Below are positions 17,265 through 25,869 of a stretch of 39,514 nucleotides of DNA, in pieces. This DNA comes from Clostridia bacterium (lineage in GTDB: Bacteria > Bacillota > Clostridia > Oscillospirales > CAG-272): positions 1 through 39,514 of the forward strand of contig JAFVRA010000084.1 in the NCBI GenBank assembly GCA_017504545.1, read 5' to 3'. Below the pieces are notes generated by a model. That model saw only the letters and a program-made list of their open reading frames with translations, did not search any database and was not told where the DNA came from. Within the stretch, counting starts at the first letter, position 1; each line of letters opens with the position of its first letter. The position numbers and the translations under genes are program-made.

Positions 17265-17307
17265 AAAACTGTCCTTAAGAACACGGCGCATAGCTCCGAG
17301 CTTTTTT
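17265..17307 (-). repeat. Right arm of the ~45-nt inverted repeat (partner at 15178-15222)
   Basis: The reverse complement reads AAAAAAGCTCGGAGC-tatgcgc-CGTGTTCTTAAGGACAGTTTT. It begins 8 nt after the rpsR stop codon. Confidence 0.85.
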
Positions 17308-17314
17308 GTTTTGC

Positions 17315-17572
17315 TTAGTCTGTTACGTAAGGAAGAAGAGCAACGTGACGAGCTCTCTTGATCGCGGTGTTGAGCTCTCTCTGGTGCTTTGCGCAAGTAC
17401 CGGAAATTCTTCTGGGAAGGATCTTGCCGCGCTCGCTGATGAACTTGCGGAGCTTTGCGGAATCCTTATAATCGATGAAATCTACCTTGTCTGCACAGAA
17501 AATGCAAACCTTCTTTCTTCTGCGCACCATGGGACGGGGCGCACGAACTACGTTCTCGGTTTTATTATCCAT
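17315..17572 (-). CDS. rpsR: 30S ribosomal protein S18
   Basis: 85 aa with the typical bS18 sequence ([34 protein letters not shown]). It is the last gene of rpsF-ssb-rpsR. Confidence 0.95.
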   Translation of the reverse strand: MDNKTENVVRAPRPMVRRRKKVCIFCADKVDFIDYKDSAKLRKFISERGKILPRRISGTCAKHQRELNTAIKRARHVALLPYVTD

Positions 17573-17618
17573 GATTGAAAACCTCCTATAAATTTTGTTG
17601 ATGTGTTGACGCGCCTAC

Positions 17619-18080
17619 TCAGAAGGGCAGATCGTCGTCAGTGTTGTGATCCTCAAAGTTGGGCGCGGAGCCGGGGTTTGAGGAGAACGAAGGAGCCTGC
17701 GTGTAGGCGTCCGGAGTATAGGACGACTGCGACGTGCTCTCGCTGCGGGATTCAACGAACATTGCTTCGTCAGCTACTACCTCGGTAGCATAACGTCTCT
17801 GTCCCTGCTGATCCTGCCAGCTTCTTGTCTGGATGCTTCCGCTTACGCAGATAGCCGAGCCTTTTCTGAAGTACTTGGAAATGAATTCCGCCGTATTTCT
17901 CCATGCGACAACGTTAATGAAGTCTGCCTGTCTTTCGCCCTGATCGCTGTTCTTAGAAACGTAGCTGCGATTTACGGCGATTGTGAAGCTGAGGACCGAC
18001 ACGCCTGAGGGTGTCTGCTTCAGCTCGGGATCAGCGGTCATTCTGCCTGCCAGTACTACCTTGTTAAGATTAAGAGACAT
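17619..18080 (-). CDS. ssb: Single-stranded DNA-binding protein
   Basis: 153 aa with an OB-fold N-terminus (LNKVVLAGRMTADPELK), a Gly/Ser/Pro-rich linker and the canonical acidic tail DDDLPF. Confidence 0.95.
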   Translation of the reverse strand: MSLNLNKVVLAGRMTADPELKQTPSGVSVLSFTIAVNRSYVSKNSDQGERQADFINVVAWRNTAEFISKYFRKGSAICVSGSIQTRSWQDQQGQRRYATEVVADEAMFVESRSESTSQSSYTPDAYTQAPSFSSNPGSAPNFEDHNTDDDLPF

Positions 18081-18104
18081 CAGAAATTCCTCCCTGTTTG
18101 CCGA

Positions 18105-18521
18105 TTACTCAGCGTCGGTAGCTTCGGTTGTCTCTGCAGCAGCTACTTCCTCAGTAGCAGCCTCTTCAGCAACTGCCTCTACAGCAGGAGCCTCAGCAAG
18201 CTTTGCAGCCTTCTTCTCAGCAGCATCGTATTCCAGCTTGATCGTCATAGAACGCATAACAGCCTCGTCGATGTTGCAAAGACGCTCGAACTCAGCGGGG
18301 AAATTACCCTCTGCCTTGTAAGTAGCGACAACGTAGTAACCCTCGGGCATATCGTTGATAGGATATGCAAGACGGCGCTTACCCCACTTTGCCACGTCAA
18401 CGACCTCAGCATTTGCTTCGATCAAGGACAGGAACTTGTTCACAGTTGCTTCGGTAGCTTCTTCGCCAACGGTAACATCAACAATGAACAGGCTTTCGTA
18501 AGAATTGATTACCTTTTCCAT
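18105..18521 (-). CDS. rpsF: 30S ribosomal protein S6 with an Ala/Glu-rich C-terminal extension
   Basis: The N-terminal ~95 aa are typical bS6 (YESLFIVD..., WGKRRLAYPI). About 40 extra residues follow, rich in A/E/T (AAEKKAAKLAEAPAVEAVAEEAATEEVAAAETTEATDAE). Confidence 0.9.
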   Translation of the reverse strand: MEKVINSYESLFIVDVTVGEEATEATVNKFLSLIEANAEVVDVAKWGKRRLAYPINDMPEGYYVVATYKAEGNFPAEFERLCNIDEAVMRSMTIKLEYDAAEKKAAKLAEAPAVEAVAEEAATEEVAAAETTEATDAE

Positions 18522-18618
18522 TTTTTACACCTCCCTATGGACTTAAGACCGCAAGCATCGAACAAAAAATTTACCTGCGGTAAGGAGACGGACAATCAAA
18601 TGTCCGTACCGAATAAAG

Positions 18619-18647
18619 ATTATATCATATTTTAGTCTGTCTGTCAA
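18619..18647 (-). promoter_or_regulatory. Consensus sigma-A promoter of the rpsF-ssb-rpsR operon
   Basis: On the minus strand: TTGACA (18642-18647), 17-nt spacer, TGaTATAAT (TATAAT at 18619-18624). This leaves a ~90-nt structured leader before the rpsF ATG. Confidence 0.8.
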
Positions 18648-18702
18648 GCCTTTTTTTGAGATTTTTTCGGAATTAATGATTTTCTTCTATATAATATAAA
18701 TA

Positions 18703-18730
18703 TCCCTCGGCAAGTAAGCTTGCCGAGGGA
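18703..18730 (-). terminator. Terminator of the giant envelope-protein gene
   Basis: 12-bp perfect stem tccctcggcaag/cttgccgaggga with loop taag, 24 nt after the stop. A T/A-rich tail follows on the minus strand. Confidence 0.7.
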
Positions 18731-18753
18731 TAGGGTGTTTATAAAATTTTGTA

Positions 18754-21700
18754 TCAGCCGCGCTTTTCTGCGCTTCCGCCTGCCTTCTCTATCTTCTCTC
18801 TTGCCGCCGCGCTGAATTTATCCGCGCTTACCTCAAGAGGCTTATTAAGCTCTCCTCTGCCAAGGACTGCCAATCTGCCTGCGTTCTTGGGTATCATCTG
18901 CTTTTCCTTGAGAGAATCGATATTTACGGCGTCTCCCGCCTCAAATTGCTTGTCGAGCAGACCTACGTTGATCTCTGCCCTTCTCGCTCTCTTGCACTTT
19001 ACTTTCTTAGGCTTTTCAAGCACTATCGGAGCAGGAATGATCTCGGGCTCAGGTTCGGGCTCGGGTTCAGGCTCGGGCTCGGATTCGGGCTCAGGCTCGG
19101 GCTCGGGTTCAGGCTCGGGCTCGGGCTCGGGTTCAGGCTCGGGCTCAGGCTCACCCTCAGGTTCGGGCGCAGGGATCTCTTCAAGCTCAAGCTCGGGTGT
19201 GAAATCGTACGCGCTCTCAGCAACAGGCTCTGCCTCTTCCTTGGCAGGCTTATTTCTGAGCAGCTCGATCACGAGATAAGCAATATAAACAGCCATCGCA
19301 ACGTCTGCGATACCGACCATTACTGTCATCGTCCACATAGACACGGGCATTGCGCCGAGTGCCGCAAGTGCGGTCGCACGCTTTCTGCGAACAAGCACGA
19401 ATATCGTAATAGCCTCAAGTATGCCTATCACGCAAAGCGCGATAAGTATCGGGCGAAGCATATCAACGCAAGCGCCGTCCTCCTGAGAGAGCGCATCGTT
19501 GTTGAGATCGGCAAATCCGTCAAGGCAGTTGTCTCTGATAGACTTGACCTCACCCACTGCCATCGCACCCGCGATGTCTGTCTCGGCAAGAAGAAGCTCT
19601 GCCGCAAGCTTGTCCTTGATGCTCTTTCTGCTTGCATCGTCAAGATATACGAAGGCGTCGACCGTATCGTCTATCTTTTTCTTCTCACTCTGTATCTCTG
19701 CCACAGCCGCTTCCTTGGCGTTGTAGAGATCCATAGTAACGGCCTTATCGGAAACGCCCTCAAGCACGCTCATTCCGTCCTCAGTCGCCTTTGCGATCTC
19801 CTCGCTGCTGAGAGCTTCGTTTATCTTGCCCTTAGCCGCCTCTACTGCCGCCTCAGCCTCTGATCGAAGCGCTGCTCTTTCTTCATCAGTAAGATATTCA
19901 AGTGCATCTATCGCCGCAAATATCTCCTCTTTTTTGGTTTCAAGAGAATCCTCGGCAACGTTACCTTGCTCTTTTCTTGCCTCGCTGTCACCAAGCTCGA
20001 CCTTTGACTTCTTGCCGTCGAGCACCTTTTCACCGTCTCTTACTACGGTGGCTATATCGCTACTGTTCTTTACACCGTCAAGTTCCTTAGCGATAGTTTC
20101 AAGAGAAGAATCAGCCTCATTCTTCAAGGCTTCCTTAGCCGCGTCGTCAAGGTAGGTAGCGTTCTTTATCGCCTCAAGAACCTCAGCGTGCTTCTTCTCA
20201 AGCGCCTTTCTTGCCTCCTCGATCTGCTCTGCCTTTGCAACGTCGTCAGCAGCCTTTGCTTCGGTAAGGATACCGTTTACCAGGCTTGTACCGCCGTCGC
20301 TCTCCGCCTTTGCGGCGTCGGCAGTCTTTGCCGCGTCTATCTTTTCCTGAGTTGCCTTACGCACCTCCTCGATCTTATCGATAGCCGCCTGCTTTTCCTC
20401 TTCGCCAAGGTATCCGAGATTGCCTATCTCCTCATTCGCGCCATTTGCCGCGCCGTGTGCGGCATCTGCGGCAGTTGCCTTGGCGGTGTTAAGATCCAGT
20501 CGGTCAATAAAGTCTTCTTTAAGCTTGTCTATGTCTGTGCCCGTTGCAGTGGTAAGGGCCTCGATCACGTCGGCCAATGCGTTTTTCATCTCTTCACGGT
20601 AAGGAGCTCTCTGCGGGTTGGTAAGATTTTTGAGAGAGTCAACGGCATCCAGCGCCTTTACACTCTCGTTTTTTAGATCCTTCATTACCGCTACCTTTTT
20701 TTCAGCCTCGTCATTTATCTTTCCGAGTGCCTTTTCAAATCTCTCAAGTGCGGCAGTCTTGCCCGTCTCGTCAGAAGCAGCTCTGATATCCTTAACGCTC
20801 TCGTCAAGAAGCGCGTCAAGCTTATCGCTAAGCACCTGCTTCATCTCGTCGGTGAGCTGGGTGTAAGCATTTATTTTATCCTTCTGTGCTTTTGCGTCAT
20901 CTATAGTGTCCTGTACGCAGAATTCCTTTTCCAAGTCAAATATAGCCTTATCGGCGATCGCCCCGATCTTTGCAGGATCGGTAGCCGCCGCTATATCCTC
21001 GTGTGCCTTTTTGACGATAGCGTCTATCTCGCTCTTGACTCCGGGAGTCGCATTTTCTTCCCTCTCGGCAAGCTTTACGTTTATACAGGAGATCGCTTCC
21101 TTGCGATCAAGTGCCGTGATAGCGTCACTTGCGATCTTTTCATCGTCCTCCGCTCCGGCTACGATAGCCTTGCAAGCATCGGTAGCGATATTCTCAAGCT
21201 CTTTCTTATCAATATTAGAGAAATCCTTGTAGATCTCCTCTGCAGCTATCGCCTCGTATCTGTCAAGCACCGCATCCGCAAGTCTTGCTCTGTTCACGAT
21301 ATCTGCGGCATCCTCAATAAGCGTGCCGATATTCTCATATCTGAGATCGTCTATCTTATCCTTGAGCTCGTCGGCGTAAGCGTCTCTGAGCTCGCCGTCA
21401 CCGAGTAAGCCGTCTATCTCCTGATTTGCGACCTCGCCGTAAAGCTCGGTGAGCTTCTGAGCGGCGAGAATGATGTTAGCATCAGCCTTTGCCTTACTAT
21501 TGAGCGCATTGAGGGCGTTTATGGCGTCCTCGATAGGCTTCTTATCGGCAATAGTGATCTCTGCGGGAGTCTTACCGAGAATGTCGGCGTAGATAGCCTT
21601 GAACTCCTCTATCTCAAGCTCTGCCATCGCTTCCTCAAAGCGTCCGTCAAGAGTTTCGGGAGTTGCTTTTTCAATAAGATCGTCGCCCTTATCATGAAGC

Positions 21701-22953
21701 AGGTCTATGTTGCTGACGTCCGCAGTCTCGCCCTTCTGTGCCTTAATAGCGGCAACGGTATCAACGTACTGCTCGTAAAGGTCGGTGCGGCGCTTTGCCT
21801 TGTTGACCTCGTGATCAACGTCGTCGAGAGCGGATCCGTCTACGTTACCCTCCGCGCCGTTGTACTCCTTCTCAAGATCAGCGAGCCATTCGTCGTCCTT
21901 ACAGTGCTTGGTGTTTATGTAGTCAAGTATCTCGTCCTTTGCCTCTGCGCGATAAAGCTCGTCGGCGTAGTTTTCAAGCAGCTTGTCAATATCGGCGATC
22001 TCGGTGCTTGCCGCCGCCTCTACCGCGCTCTCTGCCTGTACTTTAAGCTTCTCGTAGTATTCCTTGCCGTACTTGCCGTCATCTGCGGAAAGCGCGTCCG
22101 CGCTCGTACAGAATGCGTCGAGAAGTGCCTTGTTCATATCGGTTATTTCAGTTGTGGTATCAGCGTCTATCTTTGCGGCGGTGTCCGCATAGAGCTGATT
22201 GTCGGCATAGCCGTCAACACCGTAGAAGATATCAAATATACCCTTGAGCTCGCCGAGAGCCTTGTCCTGATTTCTCTGTATAGCGACAGCCTTAGCCGTT
22301 CTCGCAAGTATCTCCTCGTATTCGGGAGCGGCGAGAGAATTGTCAGTGCAGCTCTTGATCTCGGTCTTTGCGCCGTCAACGAGTGCCTTTACCGCATTTG
22401 AATCACCCTCTGCAAGCAGAGCGTCGAGCTTCTCGGAATAGATGCAAACGAGCATCTTGGCGCAAAGTCCGCCGTTACCGTAAAGCGTGGAAACGCTTTC
22501 CTTGAGCACGTTGTAATCGGTTGCGGAGGCTATCGCGCTGTCGATCTCCTTGAAGACATCGTCAACTCTCTGCTTAGCCTCTCCCGAGAAGACGTGCGAA
22601 TAATATATCCACGCGACCTCGTTGATAGCCATACCCTGTGTGTAGTAAAGGTTGATAACATACTCCGTGGCAGTCTGCTCAAGCTCCGCGTCCGTAAGGC
22701 CGTTAAGCTTCAAGTAATATATCGCAACGTGATTATTCGTAAGTCTTCCGGGCTCAAGCGCAGATTCTCCGTTTTCACCCATGACTCCAAGTATCTCATT
22801 CGTCCTCGTGGTCAGAAGCGCCAGATTGTCCTCTCTTATCTCCTCGGGAGTACGAGCAGACACGGTTATCGAAAGCGCTATCATAGCCGTAAGCACGGCG
22901 AGCGTCATCGCGAATATTCTCAAACAAGTCAAAGTGCCTCGCTTCATAAGCAT
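18754..22953 (-). CDS. Giant membrane-anchored surface protein: signal peptide, DUF1542-like helical repeats, TM block, (Glu-Pro)n linker, C-terminal uL15-like domain
   Basis: Single 1399-aa ORF. The GGAGG RBS favours the third codon (ATG at 22947) as the start. The N-terminus [23 protein letters not shown] is a signal peptide. The A/E/K/D-rich region repeats the pattern K..A...I......L(T/D)..E.......I......A...I..A, as in DUF1542 repeats. The TM block is at 19258-19461. The last 84 aa align with the uL15 C-terminus ([34 protein letters not shown] versus the uL15 pattern ILGNGEL.KKLTVKA.KFS.SA.E.IEAAGG.AE). Confidence 0.85.
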   Translation of the reverse strand: MLMKRGTLTCLRIFAMTLAVLTAMIALSITVSARTPEEIREDNLALLTTRTNEILGVMGENGESALEPGRLTNNHVAIYYLKLNGLTDAELEQTATEYVINLYYTQGMAINEVAWIYYSHVFSGEAKQRVDDVFKEIDSAIASATDYNVLKESVSTLYGNGGLCAKMLVCIYSEKLDALLAEGDSNAVKALVDGAKTEIKSCTDNSLAAPEYEEILARTAKAVAIQRNQDKALGELKGIFDIFYGVDGYADNQLYADTAAKIDADTTTEITDMNKALLDAFCTSADALSADDGKYGKEYYEKLKVQAESAVEAAASTEIADIDKLLENYADELYRAEAKDEILDYINTKHCKDDEWLADLEKEYNGAEGNVDGSALDDVDHEVNKAKRRTDLYEQYVDTVAAIKAQKGETADVSNIDLLHDKGDDLIEKATPETLDGRFEEAMAELEIEEFKAIYADILGKTPAEITIADKKPIEDAINALNALNSKAKADANIILAAQKLTELYGEVANQEIDGLLGDGELRDAYADELKDKIDDLRYENIGTLIEDAADIVNRARLADAVLDRYEAIAAEEIYKDFSNIDKKELENIATDACKAIVAGAEDDEKIASDAITALDRKEAISCINVKLAEREENATPGVKSEIDAIVKKAHEDIAAATDPAKIGAIADKAIFDLEKEFCVQDTIDDAKAQKDKINAYTQLTDEMKQVLSDKLDALLDESVKDIRAASDETGKTAALERFEKALGKINDEAEKKVAVMKDLKNESVKALDAVDSLKNLTNPQRAPYREEMKNALADVIEALTTATGTDIDKLKEDFIDRLDLNTAKATAADAAHGAANGANEEIGNLGYLGEEEKQAAIDKIEEVRKATQEKIDAAKTADAAKAESDGGTSLVNGILTEAKAADDVAKAEQIEEARKALEKKHAEVLEAIKNATYLDDAAKEALKNEADSSLETIAKELDGVKNSSDIATVVRDGEKVLDGKKSKVELGDSEARKEQGNVAEDSLETKKEEIFAAIDALEYLTDEERAALRSEAEAAVEAAKGKINEALSSEEIAKATEDGMSVLEGVSDKAVTMDLYNAKEAAVAEIQSEKKKIDDTVDAFVYLDDASRKSIKDKLAAELLLAETDIAGAMAVGEVKSIRDNCLDGFADLNNDALSQEDGACVDMLRPILIALCVIGILEAITIFVLVRRKRATALAALGAMPVSMWTMTVMVGIADVAMAVYIAYLVIELLRNKPAKEEAEPVAESAYDFTPELELEEIPAPEPEGEPEPEPEPEPEPEPEPEPEPEPESEPEPEPEPEPEPEIIPAPIVLEKPKKVKCKRARRAEINVGLLDKQFEAGDAVNIDSLKEKQMIPKNAGRLAVLGRGELNKPLEVSADKFSAAAREKIEKAGGSAEKRG
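19042..19173 (-). repeat. In-frame hexanucleotide (GGBTCR)n repeat encoding a (Glu-Pro)~21 linker
   Basis: 44 consecutive codons on the minus strand read [14 protein letters not shown]...[14 protein letters not shown]. Confidence 0.9.
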
Positions 22954-23022
22954 GAACCTCCAAAAACGATCAAAATCTATATATTAGGTGTATTTATCCC
23001 AGAAAATACTACATATAGTATT

Positions 23023-23051
23023 ATTATACACGTTTTTTCGCCAGTAGTCAA
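23023..23051 (-). promoter_or_regulatory. Candidate promoter of the giant envelope-protein gene
   Basis: On the minus strand: TTGACT (23046-23051), 17-nt spacer, TATAAT (23023-23028). It lies ~70 nt upstream of the start codon. Confidence 0.6.
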
Positions 23052-23208
23052 TACTTACTTTAAAATTTAACGCAAATTTTTATAATAAATTTTTCCATTT
23101 TGCAGTTTTCCATCTCAAAGTTCTCGTGATCTTCTGATGCTCTTTTGAATCCGCATAAAAAGAGTGCAAAAATTGTCTTAAAATATCATAAAAAATGAGT
23201 TTTGATAC

Positions 23209-23237
23209 TTGAATTAAAGCATCAAATGTGCTATAAT
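23209..23237 (+). promoter_or_regulatory. Candidate promoter of the nagA operon
   Basis: TTGAAT (23209-23214), 17-nt spacer, TGcTATAAT (TATAAT at 23232-23237). The leader contains the hairpin ttttttgctc-ggagcaa-gagcaaaaaa (23262-23289). Confidence 0.55.
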
Positions 23238-23318
23238 TCAATTGTATAATGCAAAATTTGTTTTTTTGCTCGGAGCAAGAGCAAAAAAGCTGATATTCTT
23301 TTGACGGAGACAAGAAAA

Positions 23319-24461
23319 ATGAAGGCTGTTATCAACGGAAAGATAATTTTGAAGGACGGAATTCTTGAGGACCATGCCCTACTGTTTTCCGACGTTATTG
23401 AGGCTATAATTCCGCAGAACGATATTCCTTGTGCCGCCGAGATCATAGACGCGCAGGGCGGATATATCGCTCCCGGTCTTATCGATCTGCACATTCACGG
23501 ATATCTCGGACGTGACGTCTGCGACGGGGACGAGAATTCTATGCGCACCATCTCCAAGGGACTTCTCGCCAACGGAGTTACGGGGTATCTCCCCACTACG
23601 ATGACCGTTGATATGAAGGTCATTTGCAAGTCTCTTGAGGTATGCCGCTCGCTTATGAACGAGAGCAAAAGCTGGGACGGAAGCGCTATACTCGGAGTTC
23701 ACGCCGAGGGGCCCTTTATCAGCGAGAGCAAAAAAGGCGCGCAGGATGCAAAATACATACTCAAGCCCGATGCAAGCTTCGTCAAGGAATACTCCGACGT
23801 AATCAAGATAATCACTCTTGCGCCCGAGACCGACGAAAAAAACTTCTCGGCTATCCGCGAGATCTGCAAGGACACGGACGTAACCGTCTCCATGGGACAC
23901 ACATCTGCGGATTACGATACCGCAATGGCTTCCACCCGTGCAGGAGTAAAACACGCCACCCACCTCTTTAACGCTATGACGCCTCTGGCGCATCGCGCTC
24001 CGGGCGTGGTCGGTGCGGCTCTCAATTCTGACGTAAGCTGCGAGCTTATCGTTGACACCTTCCACGTAAGCGCCGCTCTCTACGATATGCTCTTTAGGCT
24101 CAAGGGCAGAAAGCTCTGCTTTATTACAGACTGTCTCCCCGCGGGCGGTCTTCCCTACGGTGAATACACGCTCGGCGGCGCAAAGATCGTCTACCGCGAC
24201 ATCGTCTGCAGACTTGAGGACGGAACGGTGGCAGGAAGCGTGCTCCACCTCAATGAAGGCGTTTGGAACGCTTTCACAAATTCAAGCATTCCGCTTCACG
24301 AATGCGTTAACTGCGCCTCGCTCAATCCCGCGACCGTGCTCGGCATCGCAGACAGAAAGGGCTCTATCGAGGTAGGCAAGGACGCCGACGTTATTATTAC
24401 TGACGGCAAGTTCAAGGTTATGAAAACTATTATTACAGGTGAGGTAAAATATGAATCTTAA
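23319..24461 (+). CDS. nagA: N-acetylglucosamine-6-phosphate deacetylase
   Basis: The ATG at 23319 follows an ACGGAGA RBS. Amidohydrolase motifs are present: LIDLHIHG, HAEGPF, MGHTSA, HLFNAM and FITDC. Confidence 0.9.
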   Translation: MKAVINGKIILKDGILEDHALLFSDVIEAIIPQNDIPCAAEIIDAQGGYIAPGLIDLHIHGYLGRDVCDGDENSMRTISKGLLANGVTGYLPTTMTVDMKVICKSLEVCRSLMNESKSWDGSAILGVHAEGPFISESKKGAQDAKYILKPDASFVKEYSDVIKIITLAPETDEKNFSAIREICKDTDVTVSMGHTSADYDTAMASTRAGVKHATHLFNAMTPLAHRAPGVVGAALNSDVSCELIVDTFHVSAALYDMLFRLKGRKLCFITDCLPAGGLPYGEYTLGGAKIVYRDIVCRLEDGTVAGSVLHLNEGVWNAFTNSSIPLHECVNCASLNPATVLGIADRKGSIEVGKDADVIITDGKFKVMKTIITGEVKYES

Positions 24462-25827
24462 GGTAAAAGCAAAGCTTGATCCTTCCTTTGAGCCGCTTTC
24501 AGTCGTTTGCCGCGATATGAGAAAAGCAACTAAGGATGACGGTCAGGATATTATAATCGCCGTTGAACGTAACCGTGGATATACCACGACATATAAAACG
24601 CGTATCTTCCGCGACGGCATCGGTAAGGACGAGGAGAACTTCAGATTTGTCGAGAGAATAGTAAAGTCTATCCTTTGGATAGCAGGCGGATATAAGATAA
24701 TCATCGCAGGCAGCGAGACTGTCGGCAAGAGGATAAAAGAGGCATACACCTACGGCGGTCTTCGCGATTTTGACGTTCACTTTATGGAAAGAGTTTACGA
24801 GCAGCCCTTCTCAGTAGAGGTAGTAAGCTATGAAAACGCGCCCTCAGACATCTCTGCGGCGTCTCCCATCGGCAGACATCTCGAGGGCTGTCGCATAGGC
24901 TTTGATGCGGGCGGAAGCGACAGAAAGGTAAGCGCTGTCATTGACGGCAAGAGCGTTTACTCCGAGGAGGTAGTTTGGTTCCCTAAGACAAATTCCGATC
25001 CCGATTATCATTACAACGGAATTCTTGAGGCTATGAAAACAGCCGCTTCGCACATGCCGCGCGTTGACGCCATCGGCGTTTCAAGCGCAGGCGTTTATAT
25101 TGACAACAGAATTATGGTCGCTTCTCTCTTCCTTAAGGTCAGCGACGAGGATTTTGATCGCAAGGTCAAGAATATGTATCTTGACGTAGCGCGAGAGATA
25201 GGCGAGAATATTCCGATAGAGGTCGCAAACGACGGTGACGTTACCGCGCTTGCAGGCGCTATGGATCTTGACGATGATTCTGTTCTCGGCGTTGCTATGG
25301 GTACGTCCGAGGCGGGCGGCTACGTTGACCCCGAGGGAAATATCACGGGTTGGCTCAACGAGCTTGCATTCGTTCCGGTCGACTACTGCCGCGAGGCTAT
25401 GGTCGATGAGTGGTCGGGCGATTACGGCTGCGGAGTAAAATACTTCTCGCAGGACGGCGTTATCAAGCTTGCTCCCTTCGCGAGCATTGAGCTTGACGAG
25501 AGCCTGACTCTTGCGGAAAAGCTCAAGGTCGTTCAGGGGCTTATGAAGGACGGAGATAGCCGTGCCGCCGATATTTACGATACCATCGGCGCGTACTTCG
25601 GCTATGCGATAGCCTATTACGCTGAGTTCTACGACATAAAGCACGTGCTTATTATGGGACGCGTTACCTCGGGCGAGGGCGGAACTCTCATTCTTGAGCG
25701 CGCGAGAGAGGTTCTTGACAAGGAATTCCCCGAGCTTGCCTCCAAGATACAGCTCCACATTCCCGACGAAAGCTCGCGCCGCGTAGGACAGTCGGTTGCG
25801 GCTGCAAGTCTTCCCGAGATCAAATAA
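24451..25827 (+). CDS. ROK-like (ASKHA fold) sugar kinase with an N-terminal extension, probable GlcNAc/hexose kinase
   Basis: Overlaps the nagA stop by 11 nt. Motifs include the phosphate-1 motif GFDAGGSDRK, the ROK-like ANDGDVTALAG and the Gly-rich GVAMGTSEAGGYV. About 135 extra residues precede the kinase core. I saw no CxCGxxGC zinc motif. Confidence 0.65.
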   Translation: MNLKVKAKLDPSFEPLSVVCRDMRKATKDDGQDIIIAVERNRGYTTTYKTRIFRDGIGKDEENFRFVERIVKSILWIAGGYKIIIAGSETVGKRIKEAYTYGGLRDFDVHFMERVYEQPFSVEVVSYENAPSDISAASPIGRHLEGCRIGFDAGGSDRKVSAVIDGKSVYSEEVVWFPKTNSDPDYHYNGILEAMKTAASHMPRVDAIGVSSAGVYIDNRIMVASLFLKVSDEDFDRKVKNMYLDVAREIGENIPIEVANDGDVTALAGAMDLDDDSVLGVAMGTSEAGGYVDPEGNITGWLNELAFVPVDYCREAMVDEWSGDYGCGVKYFSQDGVIKLAPFASIELDESLTLAEKLKVVQGLMKDGDSRAADIYDTIGAYFGYAIAYYAEFYDIKHVLIMGRVTSGEGGTLILERAREVLDKEFPELASKIQLHIPDESSRRVGQSVAAASLPEIK

Positions 25828-25869
25828 GATTATTTTTAAAAAAATAAAATAAAATCAAAAAAAGGACGG

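Noticed and set aside
19042-19173. Short-period repeat array that might be mistaken for a CRISPR or a non-coding microsatellite.
   Set aside because: The period is 6 nt with no spacers, and the array lies in frame inside a long ORF. It encodes an EP linker.
18749-19279. 176-aa plus-strand ORF containing a (Gly-Ser)n run, and the 66-aa minus-strand ORF 19023-19223.
   Set aside because: These are alternative-frame or antisense readings of the in-frame Glu-Pro hexanucleotide repeat of the giant gene, not independent genes.
23080-23494. ORFs 23080-23313(-) and 23231-23494(-) in the nagA upstream region.
   Set aside because: They overlap the divergent promoter region and the nagA 5' end, are AT-rich and low-complexity, and have no RBS.
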